Of a stretch of 64,000 nucleotides of DNA, positions 1 through 13,540 are shown in pieces. Positions within the stretch are counted from its first letter, which is position 1. The number at the start of each line of letters is the position of its first letter. The translations under genes were made by a program, and so were the position numbers. This stretch comes from Octopus vulgaris. Its lineage: Eukaryota. The notes under the pieces were generated by a model, which worked only from the letters and a program-made list of their open reading frames with translations, was not told the origin of the DNA and searched no databases. Location: NCBI GenBank assembly GCA_951406725.2, contig OX597832.1, forward strand, positions 1,426,001 through 1,490,000. Reading direction: 5' to 3'.

Positions 1-800
1 AAGAAGATGCAAAAAGAGTCTTTTGTGATTTCATCACTTCTTACTCTCCAGAATTCTTCACTGCCAGCATAAATAAAATGGCAAAATTGTGTTGATAATT
101 TAGATGCATACTTTGATTAACTGCATTGCTTTTTGTTGAGATAAAGTAAAATAAACTTTCTGCTTAAAATCGGACATTTCATTCTTAATGACCTGATATA
201 TATATATATATATATATAATGATAATATTATTATGGAGTATAACTCCAAACTTACAGGGAAAAATTCAATTTAGTATTAAATCAAATTTCACAATCAGAG
301 ATTTATTATTATATCTCATTCAGAGATTTATTATAATATATATATTGTTTATTCATTTTTGTACTTTTTATGATCTAGTTATATGTTTTTGAAAAATATA
401 TTTTATTTTTTTATTTATGATTTGGTTTATGTCTATCATTGTTTGAATTTCATAATAGTGGTTTTTCTCTAATTTATATATAATATATATATATGTATGT
501 ATATGTATGTATACACACACACACATATATATATAAAGGCATAAGAGATACATACATGCATGCATTTCTGCACACACACACAAACACACACACACCATTG
601 ACACTATAGTGGAGATTGTAATGGTCAAAAAGCTAAACATTTTTGAATTTTGTTTGTGATTTTCTTGTCAAGATTTGCGTCCCTGTTTAACATGATTCCA
701 AGATAGATATTTAAAGAAAGATTCAATTTTCATTGTTGTATTATATACTGTTAGAAACCTTGAGGATCCAGGGTAAGGTCGATGAAGAAATACAGTTCTA

Positions 801-2096
801 CGAGGGACGTTCAATAAGTAATGCCCCTGACCCACTTGCAGTCATTTGATCAAGCTGAAATTTGAGATGTGCAATTATTTATATCTCTATAGATTAAGTG
901 GCAAATTACAGCTCTGAACTGATTGTGGTTTCTGATTTGCAGGTGTTTGAACAGAGTCAAGTGTTAAATAGAGCCTGTTGAGTGTCGAGCAGTGATCCGG
1001 TTTTTGTATTTGAAAGGACGCACACCACGGGAGACTTTTGATGAAATGAAAGTAACTTATGGTGATGATGCCACCCCATCATATGACCTTGTAAAACGCT
1101 GGCATTGTGAATTCAAACATGGTCGGAACTCTGTGGAAACAGCTCCCAGATCTGGTTGCCTCCCTTCTGCCATTGATGAGGCATCTGTCCATCAAGTTGA
1201 GGCTGCCATTTTGGAAGATCGACGCATAACTATTCGCCAAATAGCTCATGAGATCAAGATTAGTATTGGGTCTGTGGAAACTATCATTCATGACCATTTG
1301 CATATGCAAAAGGTGTCTGCCAGATGGATTCCCAGGTTGCTCACACCTTTCCAGAAGCAAGAATGCGTCGAGTGCTCGAGGATGAATTTGAAGATGTGCC
1401 AAGAAGATGAGTCAAAATTTTTCAAAAGACTGATTACACAGGATGAAACCTTGGTCCATCACTATGATCCAGAGACCAAAGCCCAGTCAATGCAGTGGAA
1501 GCACCGTGACTCACCTCCTCCAAAGAAGGCAAGGGTGCAGCCCTCCACTGGCAAGGTCATACTCACAGTCTTCTGGGACCAGGACGGAGTAGTGATGATA
1601 GATTTCCTGGCAAAGGGTACCACAATTACAGGAGCCTATTATGCTTCACTTTTGAGGAAATTAAGAGAAGCTATCAAAATCAAGAGGCAGGGCAAGATCA
1701 GCAAAGGCATCCTCCTCCTGCAGGACAATGCTCCGGTCCACAACTTGCGTGTCGCCAGATCAGAAGCACAGGCGTGTGGCTATGAACTCCTCCCCCATCC
1801 CCCCTACTCTCCTGACCTTGCACCATCTGATTTTCACCTCTTCCCAGCCATGAAGTTGTTTTTGAAAGGAAAGCGTTTCTCAGATGATGCAGCCTTGATT
1901 TCTGAAGTCACATCGTGGTTGGAGGACCACGCCGGGGTCTTCTACAAAAACGGTCTCCAGAGCTGCATCAAACAATGGGAGAAATGTGTAACTCTGGGTG
2001 GTTCCTATGTAGAAAAAGACTAATAACTGTGCCAAGTTTCGTTGCTCTACTGCTATGGGAAGTGGGTCAGGGGCATTACTTATTGAACGCCCCTCG
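801..2096 (+). mobile_element. Full-length mariner (Tc1/mariner, DD34D) DNA transposon
   Basis: 37-bp TIRs cgagggacgttcaataagtaatgcccctgacccactt (801-837) and its reverse complement (2060-2096, 1 mismatch); TA dinucleotides at 799-800 and 2097-2098; 1296 bp; encloses a transposase ORF. Confidence 0.96.
968..2023 (+). CDS. Mariner transposase, uninterrupted frame; start codon apparently mutated to ATA
   Basis: Motifs WIPRLL, ITQDET, QDNAPVH, HPPYSPDLAPSDFHLF with 34 residues between the 2nd and 3rd catalytic Asp; frame extends upstream of the GTG at 992 to ATA at 968. Confidence 0.9.
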   Translation: MEPVECRAVIRFLYLKGRTPRETFDEMKVTYGDDATPSYDLVKRWHCEFKHGRNSVETAPRSGCLPSAIDEASVHQVEAAILEDRRITIRQIAHEIKISIGSVETIIHDHLHMQKVSARWIPRLLTPFQKQECVECSRMNLKMCQEDESKFFKRLITQDETLVHHYDPETKAQSMQWKHRDSPPPKKARVQPSTGKVILTVFWDQDGVVMIDFLAKGTTITGAYYASLLRKLREAIKIKRQGKISKGILLLQDNAPVHNLRVARSEAQACGYELLPHPPYSPDLAPSDFHLFPAMKLFLKGKRFSDDAALISEVTSWLEDHAGVFYKNGLQSCIKQWEKCVTLGGSYVEKD

Positions 2097-2289
2097 TACA
2101 AAAGCATATTGTGAGCTCTAGCAGGATACATGTATATGTACATACATATATGCATAAATGCAGTGCATACCTGTGCACATATACACATACATACACATAC
2201 ACAAAGCTTATGCCTCGGTATATTTCTTATGAACTAGAGTGTGACCATCACATCACATTGCAATCCAAGAGCTGGAGAAAGCAATGAAA

Positions 2290-2830
2290 TACCTTATGAA
2301 CAAAAGAGAAATGAAGCTCTTAAACCTCCAAGTTGAAACAAAAACTTGCTGACTATATCACATTTCTGTGGAAGATATCACACATGTAATCAGATGCTGC
2401 CCAAAAATGTCACTAAGACACTAGCTCTCATTGTGTCAAAATATATGATGCCTTACGTTAAATCCACACAATTTCTTTATATTCCCATGAAAACTTCTAT
2501 CAAATGTAAACTCAAAAAGCGTGAGTATTTGAGACAGAAAGGCCAAGTTATAGTCATAGAGTTCAGCTGCATCTCAGATGGCATGAAGATGAGAGAGGAG
2601 AATATTTAGAGACAGACGCTTCAAAATTTTCCCAGATTATAAATTCACATCTATACTGCTAATTTTCGGTGCATTTGACAGTGCTAATTCAAGTAATGAA
2701 CTTAAAAAGCCAAGTTTTTCAAGCTAAGTATGTGACATGCAAAATACACTTTACAAATACAGTCTGTAAGTGGTATAGTAAAAAATATCCAAGCCTTTTC
2801 TAAAGTTCCACATCTAACATTTACCATTTT
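2290..2830 (+). mobile_element. Old degraded 3' fragment of an R4/Dong-like LINE (restriction-like endonuclease region)
   Basis: Fragments EDITHVIRCCPKMS and IPMKTSIKCK...VIVIEFSC resemble the better-preserved copies at 18.5 kb and 59.6 kb. Confidence 0.55.
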
Positions 2831-2932
2831 AGTAATCCATATTCCAGCTATGGAGCTATGTTCTTTATTAGAAACAAGGTCTTTCTTTATAGGAAGAATT
2901 TAAATATATGAAAAAAGAAACAAGCAGACATG

Positions 2933-3827
2933 CAAGGTCTGATCAATAAGTATCCGGACTGTTACCATAGTAACAAAGCTAAAGCACGCACCGTGAAACT
3001 GCTTGGCAAAGATTGACGTTGAACTCTGCTGTACATGCGTACTAAGTTTTAACGTTCTAGCTCACTTCTGCTATTTATAGCAGTGCTTGGAAGGAAGGTG
3101 TGTAGTGTGTGATCGTTGCATTGACCATGACAGAGAAAGTTGTCATGACGATACCTGCTCAGAGGCCTATGCAAGGTTGCAGGAAGTGTATGGAGACGAT
3201 TGTATAAGCTGCACGCAAGTGTACAAGTGGTCCAGACATTTTCAAGATGGCTGAAAAAATGTCGATATTGACGAATGTTCTGGGAGACCTGCAACCAGCA
3301 GAACTGAGAAAAACATCGCAGATGTGCGTGCATCTGTGAGGAGAAATCGTTGAATCACTATCCCTGAGTTATCAGAGAATGTGCAGATTAGTTACAGCTC
3401 AGTTCAGTCCGTTATCACTGAAGATTTGTGTATGAGATGCGTGTCTGCCAAGTTTGTGCCGAAACTGCTTTCAGCTGACCAAAAAGACACTTGGGTTTCA
3501 GTTGCACATGAACTCTTTGATTGTGTTGAGAACGATATAAACTTTTTGAAAACCTTGCATAGGTCTCTGAGCAGGTATCGCCAAGCATTTTCAAAATCTG
3601 ATGCAGATTCTCTGCTCAACTTCCTCTGTCATGGTAAAATACGATGATTACATGCTACACACCTTCCTTCCAAGCACTGCTGTAAACAGTGAAAGTGAGC
3701 TAGGACGTTAAAACTTAGTGCACATGCACAGTAGAGTTCAAGGTCAATCCGTGTCAAGTAGCTTCACTCTGTGTGCTTTAGCTTTGTTACTATGACAACA
3801 GTCCGAATACTTATTGATCAGACCATG
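2933..3827 (+). mobile_element. Non-autonomous fold-back mariner derivative with ~250-bp inverted arms
   Basis: 2933-~3180 is the diverged reverse complement of ~3553-3827 (ggtctgatcaataagtat / atacttattgatcagacc); the interior encodes a decayed mariner N-terminus (SGRP...VSAKFVPKLL). Confidence 0.85.
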
Positions 3828-5959
3828 TATGCATGTGTGTACATTCATACAAATATACCTATATACAGACAGACTAACACCAATCAACATAAGATGGATT
3901 CTGCACAGTTTCTACTAAAAACAAATGCTTATAAGTTTACCTTACCTTACATTTCTGAGTGCAGACATATTTATATACACGCGAACATATCCCTAACTTT
4001 TCAGAAGCATGGCAAATGTGGTAACATAGAACAGCAAATATGTAGCAACACTCTGTAATAGTATAATGAAATGCAATTCAACCCTGCTCTCACACTTGTG
4101 ATGAAAAGATGAAATATCATTTTCTATAAAAAAGAGTATCATTTTCAAACATGTTTGTCGGTATTAATATAACATGCACAATGCTTTTGCTTGTTGATTT
4201 TAAAAGTAAATATATCTCCTTTTTATCTCTAGCTTCATACAACTCATCAGAAACTGATTACAGATATGTTGTTCCAGTCTTTAGGAATATATGTTCTTGT
4301 TTACCAAAATCTCTCCAGGCTTCTTTAGGAATCACTTCCAATTTGGTAAGAAATTTTCCCTTTTTCACCTCTTTTGATTTTGTTGAAGTGTAGTGGTTAC
4401 ATAGCAGTTTCCCATGTCTTTACATTGTTTTTTCACATTTTTAGTCAACTCTGCAAGGTTTTTTTGTGCTACGCGGGTTGGGTAGTAGAGGGCAGACAAG
4501 GCAGTACTCCATAAGATGGAATCAACATAGAACTAATGTAAGAAGATTGTCTGGTGAGAAAATTTCTCCTGCTGGTAAATAGAAACCTCCTATCATTCAT
4601 CAATTCAGTAAGAACCACAGAACTTCTTTATCCATGAGCCAACAAGGAAGCCTCTGTGCAGTCCCTCAATGTACTAGAATTCTCACCTGACCATCCTAAA
4701 AGGAATGAGAATGAATTCTACCTGAAATACAGATGAGATGTTATGGTTGCAATTTCGTTTAAACACATTACTACAAAACAAATAAATCGACAGACAACTA
4801 ATACAAGCATGAGAAATATCAAGAGGCAGAAAACAACTATGCATAAACAGACAAAGACCATCAAAGATGTAGGAGTGCTCTATTGTATATAGGACCAGAA
4901 GAATTTACTGCACTTACCAGCAACTTTAACTCACTGTCCAATCGTGATACATTACCAACTAACACATTCTGTTTTCCAATTCACAATATAATTTCAGACT
5001 ACTATAGTCAATCCTAACACTACTCACAAAACGTACAGAATAAATGATAGCTTCAAAAACAAAAACCATTACATGCACCAACATAATGCCCATTTACATC
5101 AACGAAATATTTGATTTTTATATGATCCCTAGACCTGCTAAAAATAGCTGTCAAATCTCTTATTATCTTAAAAATTGAAGAATATATTAGATAATACAAC
5201 CATAGATATACCAAGGATGAGAGAGTTTGAGAAAGGATTCCATGTCTGTTGACTCAGGGTTGCCTTGAGGCTAAACAACAGTTATGTCACAAAAGACATG
5301 TAAGCAAACCACCACTCAGGTGGTCAAGTCTTTGTAAGGGATAGTAGCAAGTTTACTAGAAGTCACACTTCCTCACACCATGTACCAAAAGGCTGTCATC
5401 TCACTCTGACTTACATATATGTTAGGTGTAATATGTAGAGGTCATCAAATGTAATGGTGTAATTGTAATTAGTAAAAAAGTTTAGATAGAGGTGTGTGCG
5501 ACAAGTTGAGAAGGCTGGTTGAAAAATAGCTGCATATGAAGAAAGGTTGTGGAAAGCTGCATGGTCCATAGTTAATTGATTCTGGATGCCTTGAAAAAAA
5601 CTTGATATAAAATGGTTACACTCATTATTTATTTTATTCAACCGTTACAAAGTTTATGACATGGAAGTAAATATAATCAGTTTTGATAGAAAATTTCTGT
5701 TGCAGTTGCAGAGGTTTACTGCTAAGTTGGGTGGAAAGAGAATGGAAATGCTATAAGGATCACATAATGTTTGCTATTAATGGCAAGTTACATAATGGCA
5801 AGTTACCCAATGGCAAGGAAAGAGAGAGGAGTTACCTCTCTGAAAGTTGCAGATGGAAAGAAAATGATTTTCAAAAGCTTTCTTGAAATTTTTCTTGTCT
5901 TAAAGTTGAACTAGATCAATAACAATGGAATTGGATAAGCTATCTAAATTAAACTCCCT

Positions 5960-8800
5960 CTCACCTAAGATGATGGTGAATTTGACAAGTGACAAATAAA
6001 TTCTATGTGTGACTTCAACAACTGTCAGGCAGCGAGAAAATGGCAATGAACAAACTCATCGCTCAAGCCTGCATGCCAATGCAAAACACTGGGTGGAATG
6101 CAAATGGCAGCTGCAGAAGCCTGCAATATCAAGCAACAATCGATGAAGAATGAGAGAAAAACTGCCATGGAGCAGCAGTGATCGTTTATGGGCTGGTATT
6201 TTACGTGCCAGGGACTGCAGATGGCAAGGGACTGCGCAGAAATGAAGCCCAAACCCATTTGCCACCAGTGAAAGCAGACAGGGCATCTCGCTTGAAACTG
6301 CAGCCAGGGTAAAGGTCACAAGGAAGTTGCTGCCTCTCAAACTTCCCCTGCGAACAAGTAGAGGCTCTCGTGCAATCACTGCCCATAGTTGAAGTCCTGG
6401 TTGTAGGAAAGGCATTCAAAACCTTCGTGGGCTGTTCAACATCTCTGGTGACAAAAAAGTGGATGTGGATGAGTAGTGTTTGGGTAGTTGATGGCAGCAA
6501 AATTGGATGCAAGGGTAGCAGCGAAGTAGAGATGGTGGTACAGGGACATCATGTGCTGTGAGTCTGCCACAAGAGAGGGAGCAGAACCGTAGGGGTGGGG
6601 AAAGGTTGTACTGTATGCACCATTGAGGAAAGAGATTTTCAAGTGGTGTTCAACAGTTAGCAGTCGACGGTTGAGTGGCATTGGAAAAAGGAGCCTCCAA
6701 TGCTGGGGAACAGGCTAAGCTGTTATGAGCATACCTTGAAAGAATATGCCATGAGCGAGTTTGAAGGAGAGGTAGAGAAATAGATTAGGGCAGGTATCCT
6801 AATCCCGTGGAAAAAGTGAAGAGTGGAGTGCTGCCACTAATGGCAGTGGTGAAGTCAACAAAGGGTAAGGTCAAGTTGGTACTGGACTTTTGAGAGCTGA
6901 ATGGCCATATATCATGCCACACGGGTGGTGAGGTGACTGATGTCTGTGGAGAAACATTGTGAGAATGGAGATGGATGATGAGGCTGGCAACAATTGCCAA
7001 CTTGAAGTTGGTATATCTGCAGCTCCACATGAGCAAGAAATTGTGGAAGTATCAGCTGGTGAGATATAAGGATCAGACATACTGTCTGACCAGGTTGTTC
7101 AAATCTATCTTGGGAAAGGAGGACAAGGTAAAAAAGGCCACCAGTTCCTATATAGACGACATCCTGGTAGATGAGATTGCAGTGTCTGCCGCAGAGGTCA
7201 TAGGTCACCCAAAGAAGTTCAGGCTGATTGCAAAACTATCAGGCTGAATGGTTGGAGGAGCTGCACTGCGATTCAGGCTTCAAAGAGACAAAACTGCTGT
7301 GTTGGTGTTTCAGAGAGGAAATGAGATTCTGGAACTGGGTACCAGCATCAACAGATGAGAACTATTCTTGATGTGTGGGAGACTAGTGAGTCACTATCTG
7401 ATTACGGGAAGGCTTTGAACAGCATGCAGCTATGTTAAGAGACGAGCTGATGGGGAGACAAAGTGGGAAAGAGGACAGTAGTGATGATGCAAGAGATCTT
7501 AGAGAGGATAAGGGCAGAAGGCCCAGTAAAAGGAAGCTGGTATGTGTCCAAATTGGAGAATGGGACCATATGGTGCGATGTGAGAAGCATAGCAATAGGG
7601 GTTGTCTGGAAAATCAGGGGTGGAGCAACCCAGCTCCAAAAAGCAAATGATTACAACCACACCAATGTGAGTGAGTTGGATGCAGTGCTGAAGTGGGTAA
7701 ATCTGGTCCTGAGATGAGGGCTGCAGTCTATCAAAATTTAAACTGCTTTGGCTACTGTGCTTGGATACGTGGGATCAGTGATCACCGATGAAAAGAGGGT
7801 TTGAACCAAAGAGGCTGCAGAGATGTCAGTAAAGTACTGCCTAGGGGTTCTGGGAGAGCTAGCTGCCAAATTTGGTTTGAAGCTGAGCACGGTCTTTGTG
7901 CCCTCAAAAAGGAATAAGCCAGACATTCTAACCAGGGTGAAAAAGACCTGGTTGGCGATGCCAGCAGATTTGGGGTGAGGGGTAGCTGCAGTGTGTCATC
8001 TAGGTGACTCAAAACTAAGGAGACTGCATGCCATGCATCATATGGCTATGGATAGAACCCTGTATCTTGCCAGAAAGGTTGACTCCAACATTTAAGGAAG
8101 AGCATTTAAAGGTGGTCGGGAGCTGTGATAGATGCCAGTCCATCAGCCCTACTCCAGGTGTGCATGACTGGAGATGATTGACAGTGGATGTGACACACTA
8201 CTGGCAGGGGGACATGTCTCTCAATGGTAGACTGTGGACTGGGTCAGGTAGCGATATGGAGGGAAATTAAGTCGGGCACTGAGGATGAGGTTGCATATAT
8301 CCTGAATGAGATATTCCTGGAGCAGGACCCTGTAGACGAATTGCTGATGGACAATGGAACTGCATTTCATTCAGAGGTGCTGAAAGAGATGCTTGACAAG
8401 TGGAATGTGCACCGTTTCTTCAGAGTGGCATACAGGCCAAGCAGAAATGGGATCATGGAAATGGGATCATCCCACTCAGGACAGGCCAAGGAGTCCCTGC
8501 CACACAGAATGATATTCAGGCATGAATGGCAGCACCCAAATACAACATCACAACACACTGTGCAATAAAGAGAACTCGTCTTCATGCAGGTAGGAGACAA
8601 AGGCATGCTGCACAGTGACAGCTGTTAATTTCAAAAATAATGTCTCTGTTGATGAAATGCTGTTCACAGAATTGTTGCTTCATTGGGCGACAAAGGTAGA
8701 GGAGAGGAAGTGAGCGGCGCTCCATTCCTGCGATCACAGTAAGTGAGATGACTGTCCAGTTGGATGGCAGATTTCAACATTGAGTGAAGTGAGGAGGTGA
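5960..8800 (+). mobile_element. Decayed Ty3/Gypsy LTR-retrotransposon internal region (gag-PR-RT-RH-IN pseudogene)
   Basis: Zinc-knuckle remnant FTCQG..ARDC (~6200), protease-like GCSTSLV, RT LVLDF and YIDD (7149-7160), RNase H IWCD..ELDAV, integrase MDNGTAF and YRPSRNGIME in Gypsy order; many stops and frameshifts; LTRs not identified. Confidence 0.85.
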
Positions 8801-9489
8801 TCTTTGAGATGGAGATGTGTGTGTGGTGTTGAGGTGAACCAGAAGGAGAGGGCAGTGATGTTAATGGCTGAGAGGCCCTACCAGAAGAAAAGGGAGCAAG
8901 TGAGGAAAGTAGGACCAGTGTGGGCCTCTTTAGTTTCGAGCAGCAGTAGTGGACAGATGTGTGTAGATGTGTCACCTAGACAGGAATTAACGGTAGGTTG
9001 TAGAAGTAGGTCAGATGGGTAGGGTGCATCTCACAGTTAACCCAGCTGGACAGCTGACACTGAAATGTAGGTGATCTGTACTCTGTTCCTCTCTTATTAC
9101 AGAGTTTTACTCATAGCATCATCGCCAAAGGCCACTAAATCTTCTGGATGGTTTGAGCTGGAGTATCATCAAGCTTTTGCCAAAACTTGCTGCAATATTT
9201 CTGTGTAATGCATTCAGTCATCTTGTGTGGACACCAAAATCTGACAAGTGCACACTATATATCTGTAAATTAGGCACAACAGTTGAGAACTACTAGCTTG
9301 AAAATTTTCATACACGCACATGAATGATGGCATCACCCCACCCCAGCCAAAGGATTTTGCCCTCATGACATTAGTTTTAGCAGGAAAAAATCAGATACTT
9401 TTTGAACACAACTTCTATGTTTATATATACATCTATATACATACACACGGATATAAACACACATGCATGACCCCAGGACATATGGTTTT

Positions 9490-9812
9490 TAAGGCCTGGT
9501 ACTTATTGATACTTATTCTATCAGTCTCTTTTGCTGAATCTTTACCTTATGGGGGCATAAACACACCGACACCGGTTGCCAAGCAGTGATGGGGAGAAAA
9601 ACATATACACAATGACAAACACACATAGAAATATATATATATATATATACACACACACGATGGGCTTCTCTCAGTTTCCATCTACCAAATCCACTCACAA
9701 GGCTTTGGTTGGCTGGAAGCCATAGTAGAAGATACTTGCCCAAAGTGCCACACAGGAGGACTGAACCCAGAGCCATGCACTTGGAAAGCAAGCTTCTTAC
9801 CACACAGTCACA
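9490..9812 (-). mobile_element. tRNA-derived SINE (diverged copy)
   Basis: Minus-strand head gtggtaagaagcttgc...ggttcagtcc (Pol III box A/B-like); homologous to copies at 13.5, 26.0, 30.0 and 48.9 kb. Confidence 0.8.
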
Positions 9813-11043
9813 TCTACATGAATATATGCCTTTATATATGTATATGTTGAAAAACCATTCATTTAATTTGGTTTGAGGGTAACAATCCTAGGATATGTGC
9901 ACAAAAGTATGAAAAATATGTTATGTGTTATGCACACAAAGAAAATGAATTAAAACGAACTGAAATGAAAAACTAACAGATTAAATCTTTTAAATTCTCT
10001 CCAGAAAAATGATAGCAAGAAACAAAAATGTAATTAGAGGAAAAAGAAAAAATAATGAAGCAAAAAGCTATCTAAGGAAATGGTTAAAGGCTGATAAATT
10101 CACAGAAAATTTTCTCTTTAAAATTTTCTTTTTTTAAAAAAGAAAAGAAAAAACTCAAACTTGCACTGGTTTTTCTTTCCTTTTTCTGTTTGAAAGGACA
10201 TTCAGCAATGTGGACTACAGGAGGTGAATTTCTACCTAAATGAAAATTCTCTAGAGACATATGATAAACCAGGCAATTTTGTCTTGTTAAAATGTTGATG
10301 AGGCAGGATTTTTTGCTAGAAACAACAGTCCAAAATAACATTGTCACAAATGTGAAATCAGTGTTAAGGCTCTAACAATGAGTATGAGTTTGAAATTACT
10401 GTGTGATAATGTTTTTAAAGCTCACAGAGGTTTAGATACATATTTTTTAAGCATTACATACATATTTTTGTTAAGCATTGAATCAACTCTTACTGAGAAG
10501 ACGTATGATAGAGATGTTTCATCTGTGACCAAATTTTGTTATTTTTTCCGAAGTACAGGTATCCACTGTTTTGCTTTTTAAACACTATGCTAGAGTTTAA
10601 AGCAAATGTGGCTGCTGTTTTAACAGGTCTGGAGACCATGTAAAGGTTTTGTCTTTTTCCTTCAGCTTAATCCTTACCATTGAACTTTGCTCTCTTAAAC
10701 CTGGAATTACTGGACTTCTGTTTTCACAGAAAATTGTTTATAAATTAGTGCTTATATAAAAACATTATTTAAAATGAATATTGGTAAATAAGACATGTAG
10801 ACTAATAGGAACGATTTCAAATTAGATGTTGGTGAGCCAGAGACACTGGATGTTGGCCAAATTCAGGTATTTGATAATGGTAACATCCATTGTTCAATTA
10901 TTTAATGTCAATGCAGAATAAAACTTCATCCTGTGGTACTTGGTACTATAGTAAAAGACACTTGCTCAAGGTGCCAAGTGGTGGGACTAAACCTGCAATC
11001 ATGAGGATAGGAAGTAAACTTCTTAAACACAGTAGGAGGGCTC

Positions 11044-11865
11044 TACAAGGGTGGGCTGACTATGAAGGATTGATATTAAAGCTGTGTGATCATGTATGCG
11101 TTAATTCCAACTCTTTTTTAATTCTTGATTCTTTTCATTTGAACTGATATCTGACTGTTCAAGAAGACTTCAAATCTAATTAGTAGCAATCTCTCTTAAA
11201 AATGACAAAATTTGGCATCGTGGTGTTATCAAGCACCTTCATAAAAAGGGTTTAGCCCCCAAGAGCATCCATACTGGCATGCTTGCTACATTAGGAGATG
11301 ATGCTCCAGCTTTATCAACAGTGCAAAAGTGGGCAGCTGCAACTGCCACCACCAAAAGAAATATTGATTGTGTTCACTACAAGAATCTTCAAAAGAGCCA
11401 CACCATCAATGGAGAGTACTATACCAACTTGCTGAGACAGTTACAAAAGACTATCAAAACTAAACACTCAGGAAAACTGATGAAAGGGGTCTTGTTTCAT
11501 CAGGACCATGCTCCTGTATGCAAGTCTTTTGTTTCAATAGCTGCTGAGTATCTGTGGCTTTGAACTGGTTGATCACTCTCCCTATTGTCTTCAGTTGGCC
11601 CCATCTGACTATTATCTGTTCCTCAACATGGAAAAAAAACCCCACTTGACTAAAAACCAGTATCACAGTGGTGATAATATCATATCTGTTGATGACATTT
11701 TTGACCTAAAAGAAGAAAACTTCTTCACCAATGGGATCCAAGCAGAGCAACACTGATGGAAGAAGTGTGTAGAGTGCAAGGGAGTCTGTGCTGAAAAATA
11801 CACCTAATTTGGTCACATTCCATGGGAGTATCTTGATCAGCCTATAAACTTTTCAGCTGACACTC
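11044..11865 (+). mobile_element. Internally deleted mariner remnant (second family)
   Basis: Fragments WHRGVIK..KKGLAPK, LGDDAPALSTVQKWAA, TINGEYY, VLFHQDHAP and LAPSDYYLF, broken by deletions and frameshifts. Confidence 0.8.
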
Positions 11866-12264
11866 ATTTATCTTCTAAATATCTAGTCTACAATCTAAAC
11901 TGTAGGAGTTTTGTTTTGTTTTTTGCAACACTTTCAAGGCATACCATAAAATATTTCTGTTCTGTTTTGTAACTAGATACTTTACTAAACAATTAGCTCT
12001 ATGAAACATTATACAAGCATTAACAACAGATTAATAGACATTTGCATTGATTAAATTGATTATGCTAATTCCTCATACTGAAAGGCAGAGAAAGAAATTG
12101 TTATTAGGAAAATTTATTTTCTTAATTTTACAAAAAAAGTGTATGTAGCCATAAATATATATTTACTTGAATTAGATGATTTGTAATTAAACTAAAGTAA
12201 TATATTGTTTCAAGCTAATTATCAGAATATCAAATTAAAATATCTTTTTTAATTCATTGAACAG

Positions 12265-12429
12265 GAAACACCAATGGAAAAAGCAAAAAATAAAAATTAT
12301 CCAACTATGGAGATCAAAGTAGTGAAAGAGTCTAAAGATGTTCATATGTATGTTATGGAAGATTCTCAGACACATGTTTCTAATAGCACGTCAGATGGTG
12401 CTGAAAATAGTCTTACTACTCAACACTGA
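12265..12429 (+). CDS. Candidate terminal coding exon of an unidentified host gene (ETPMEKAK...SLTTQH*)
   Basis: T-rich acceptor ending acag at 12264; 54 open codons of unique sequence to TGA; AATAAA at ~12446. No upstream exon identified. Confidence 0.35.
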   Translation, partial: ETPMEKAKNKNYPTMEIKVVKESKDVHMYVMEDSQTHVSNSTSDGAENSLTTQH

Positions 12430-12996
12430 AAGCTAACAAAGAAGTAATAAATGCAGATATAACAACAAAGAAAAAATATTTTCAAATTTGGAGTATTTAA
12501 GATTTTTATAAAGCCTGAAAATTCAGTTGCATAAAAAAAAAAAAAAAAATAGAAGCAAAATGAAATGCTGAAAAGCAAATGTAAGAGTATTTATAGTATA
12601 TTATATCTATCTGCAATAAATATTAGTTGTATGATGAAACTTTTAACCATTTCTTCCCTACATCACCTTATTTTCTTTTCGTTTAGTCTTAAGAAAATTA
12701 GTTAAGAAAATTAAAGAATTTGAAAGAGAAAGAGATATGATTATGTTTTACTTGTTGAACTCCAAAGCATTTTCTCCTTTGTGGGCATGAAAAAACTTTT
12801 TGTCAAAAGATGTAAACCAATGACGGGGCCCCTATGTAGTGGTCTAAGTTGACAAATATGGCACTCTGTAGTGATGTGGTCTTAGTATATGCTTGATACT
12901 AAAGTTTCTCAATCAAGAGATTGATATTATATATATCTTTTAAGTTTTCTTTTACTTGTTTCAGTCAGGTTATATGTATATGTATATATATATATA

Positions 12997-13200
12997 ACGG
13001 GAAGCTTTATGAAAATAGACAAAAGACGAAGGCAGGTGGAAAACAAACAAGCAATTGTATTAGTATGGCGCTCAGGAAATATAAATAAAACAAGTCTTTA
13101 ACGTTTCGAGCCTACGCTCTTCAACAGAAAGAGAGAAAAAAAACACAGAAAGAAGGAGAGAAAAAAAATGCGTGCAGTAACTAACGAATCAACATGGCGA
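12997..13200 (-). mobile_element. ~200-bp hammerhead-like unit (solo Penelope pLTR or retrozyme-like) between (TA)n tracts
   Basis: Minus strand cttt-CTGTTGA-A-gagc(gtag)gctc-GAAA-cgtTA-aag at 13131-13096; homologous to 36590-36790; TA repeats on both sides. Confidence 0.6.
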
Positions 13201-13227
13201 TATATATATATATATATATATATAATG

Positions 13228-13273
<46 letters not shown>

Positions 13274-13540
13274 CAAAAAGTGACAACAAAAGAATGAGAC
13301 CTTGATATAAGGTAAATAGAGGATTATTTATACATGTATGTATAATTTAAGACAAACAGTGAGTCATTATACATGTATGTATAATTTAAGACAAACAGTG
13401 AGTCATTATAGTACTTAGAATTATGAATGTTGGATTGAAGGGCTGTGATTATATATATATATATATCTTTATGCACAGTCATGACAGAAGTAAATAGACA
13501 CCTTATAATTGTTAAAATTTATTTAAATTATTTATTATTT

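Noticed and set aside
4688-4722. Possible minus-strand micro-exon (ttcag...cag/gtgaga)
   Set aside because: No partner exons or coding support
10197-10385. Possible plus-strand exon after a strong polypyrimidine tract
   Set aside because: All three frames hit stops and no compatible GT donor linking to 12265 was established
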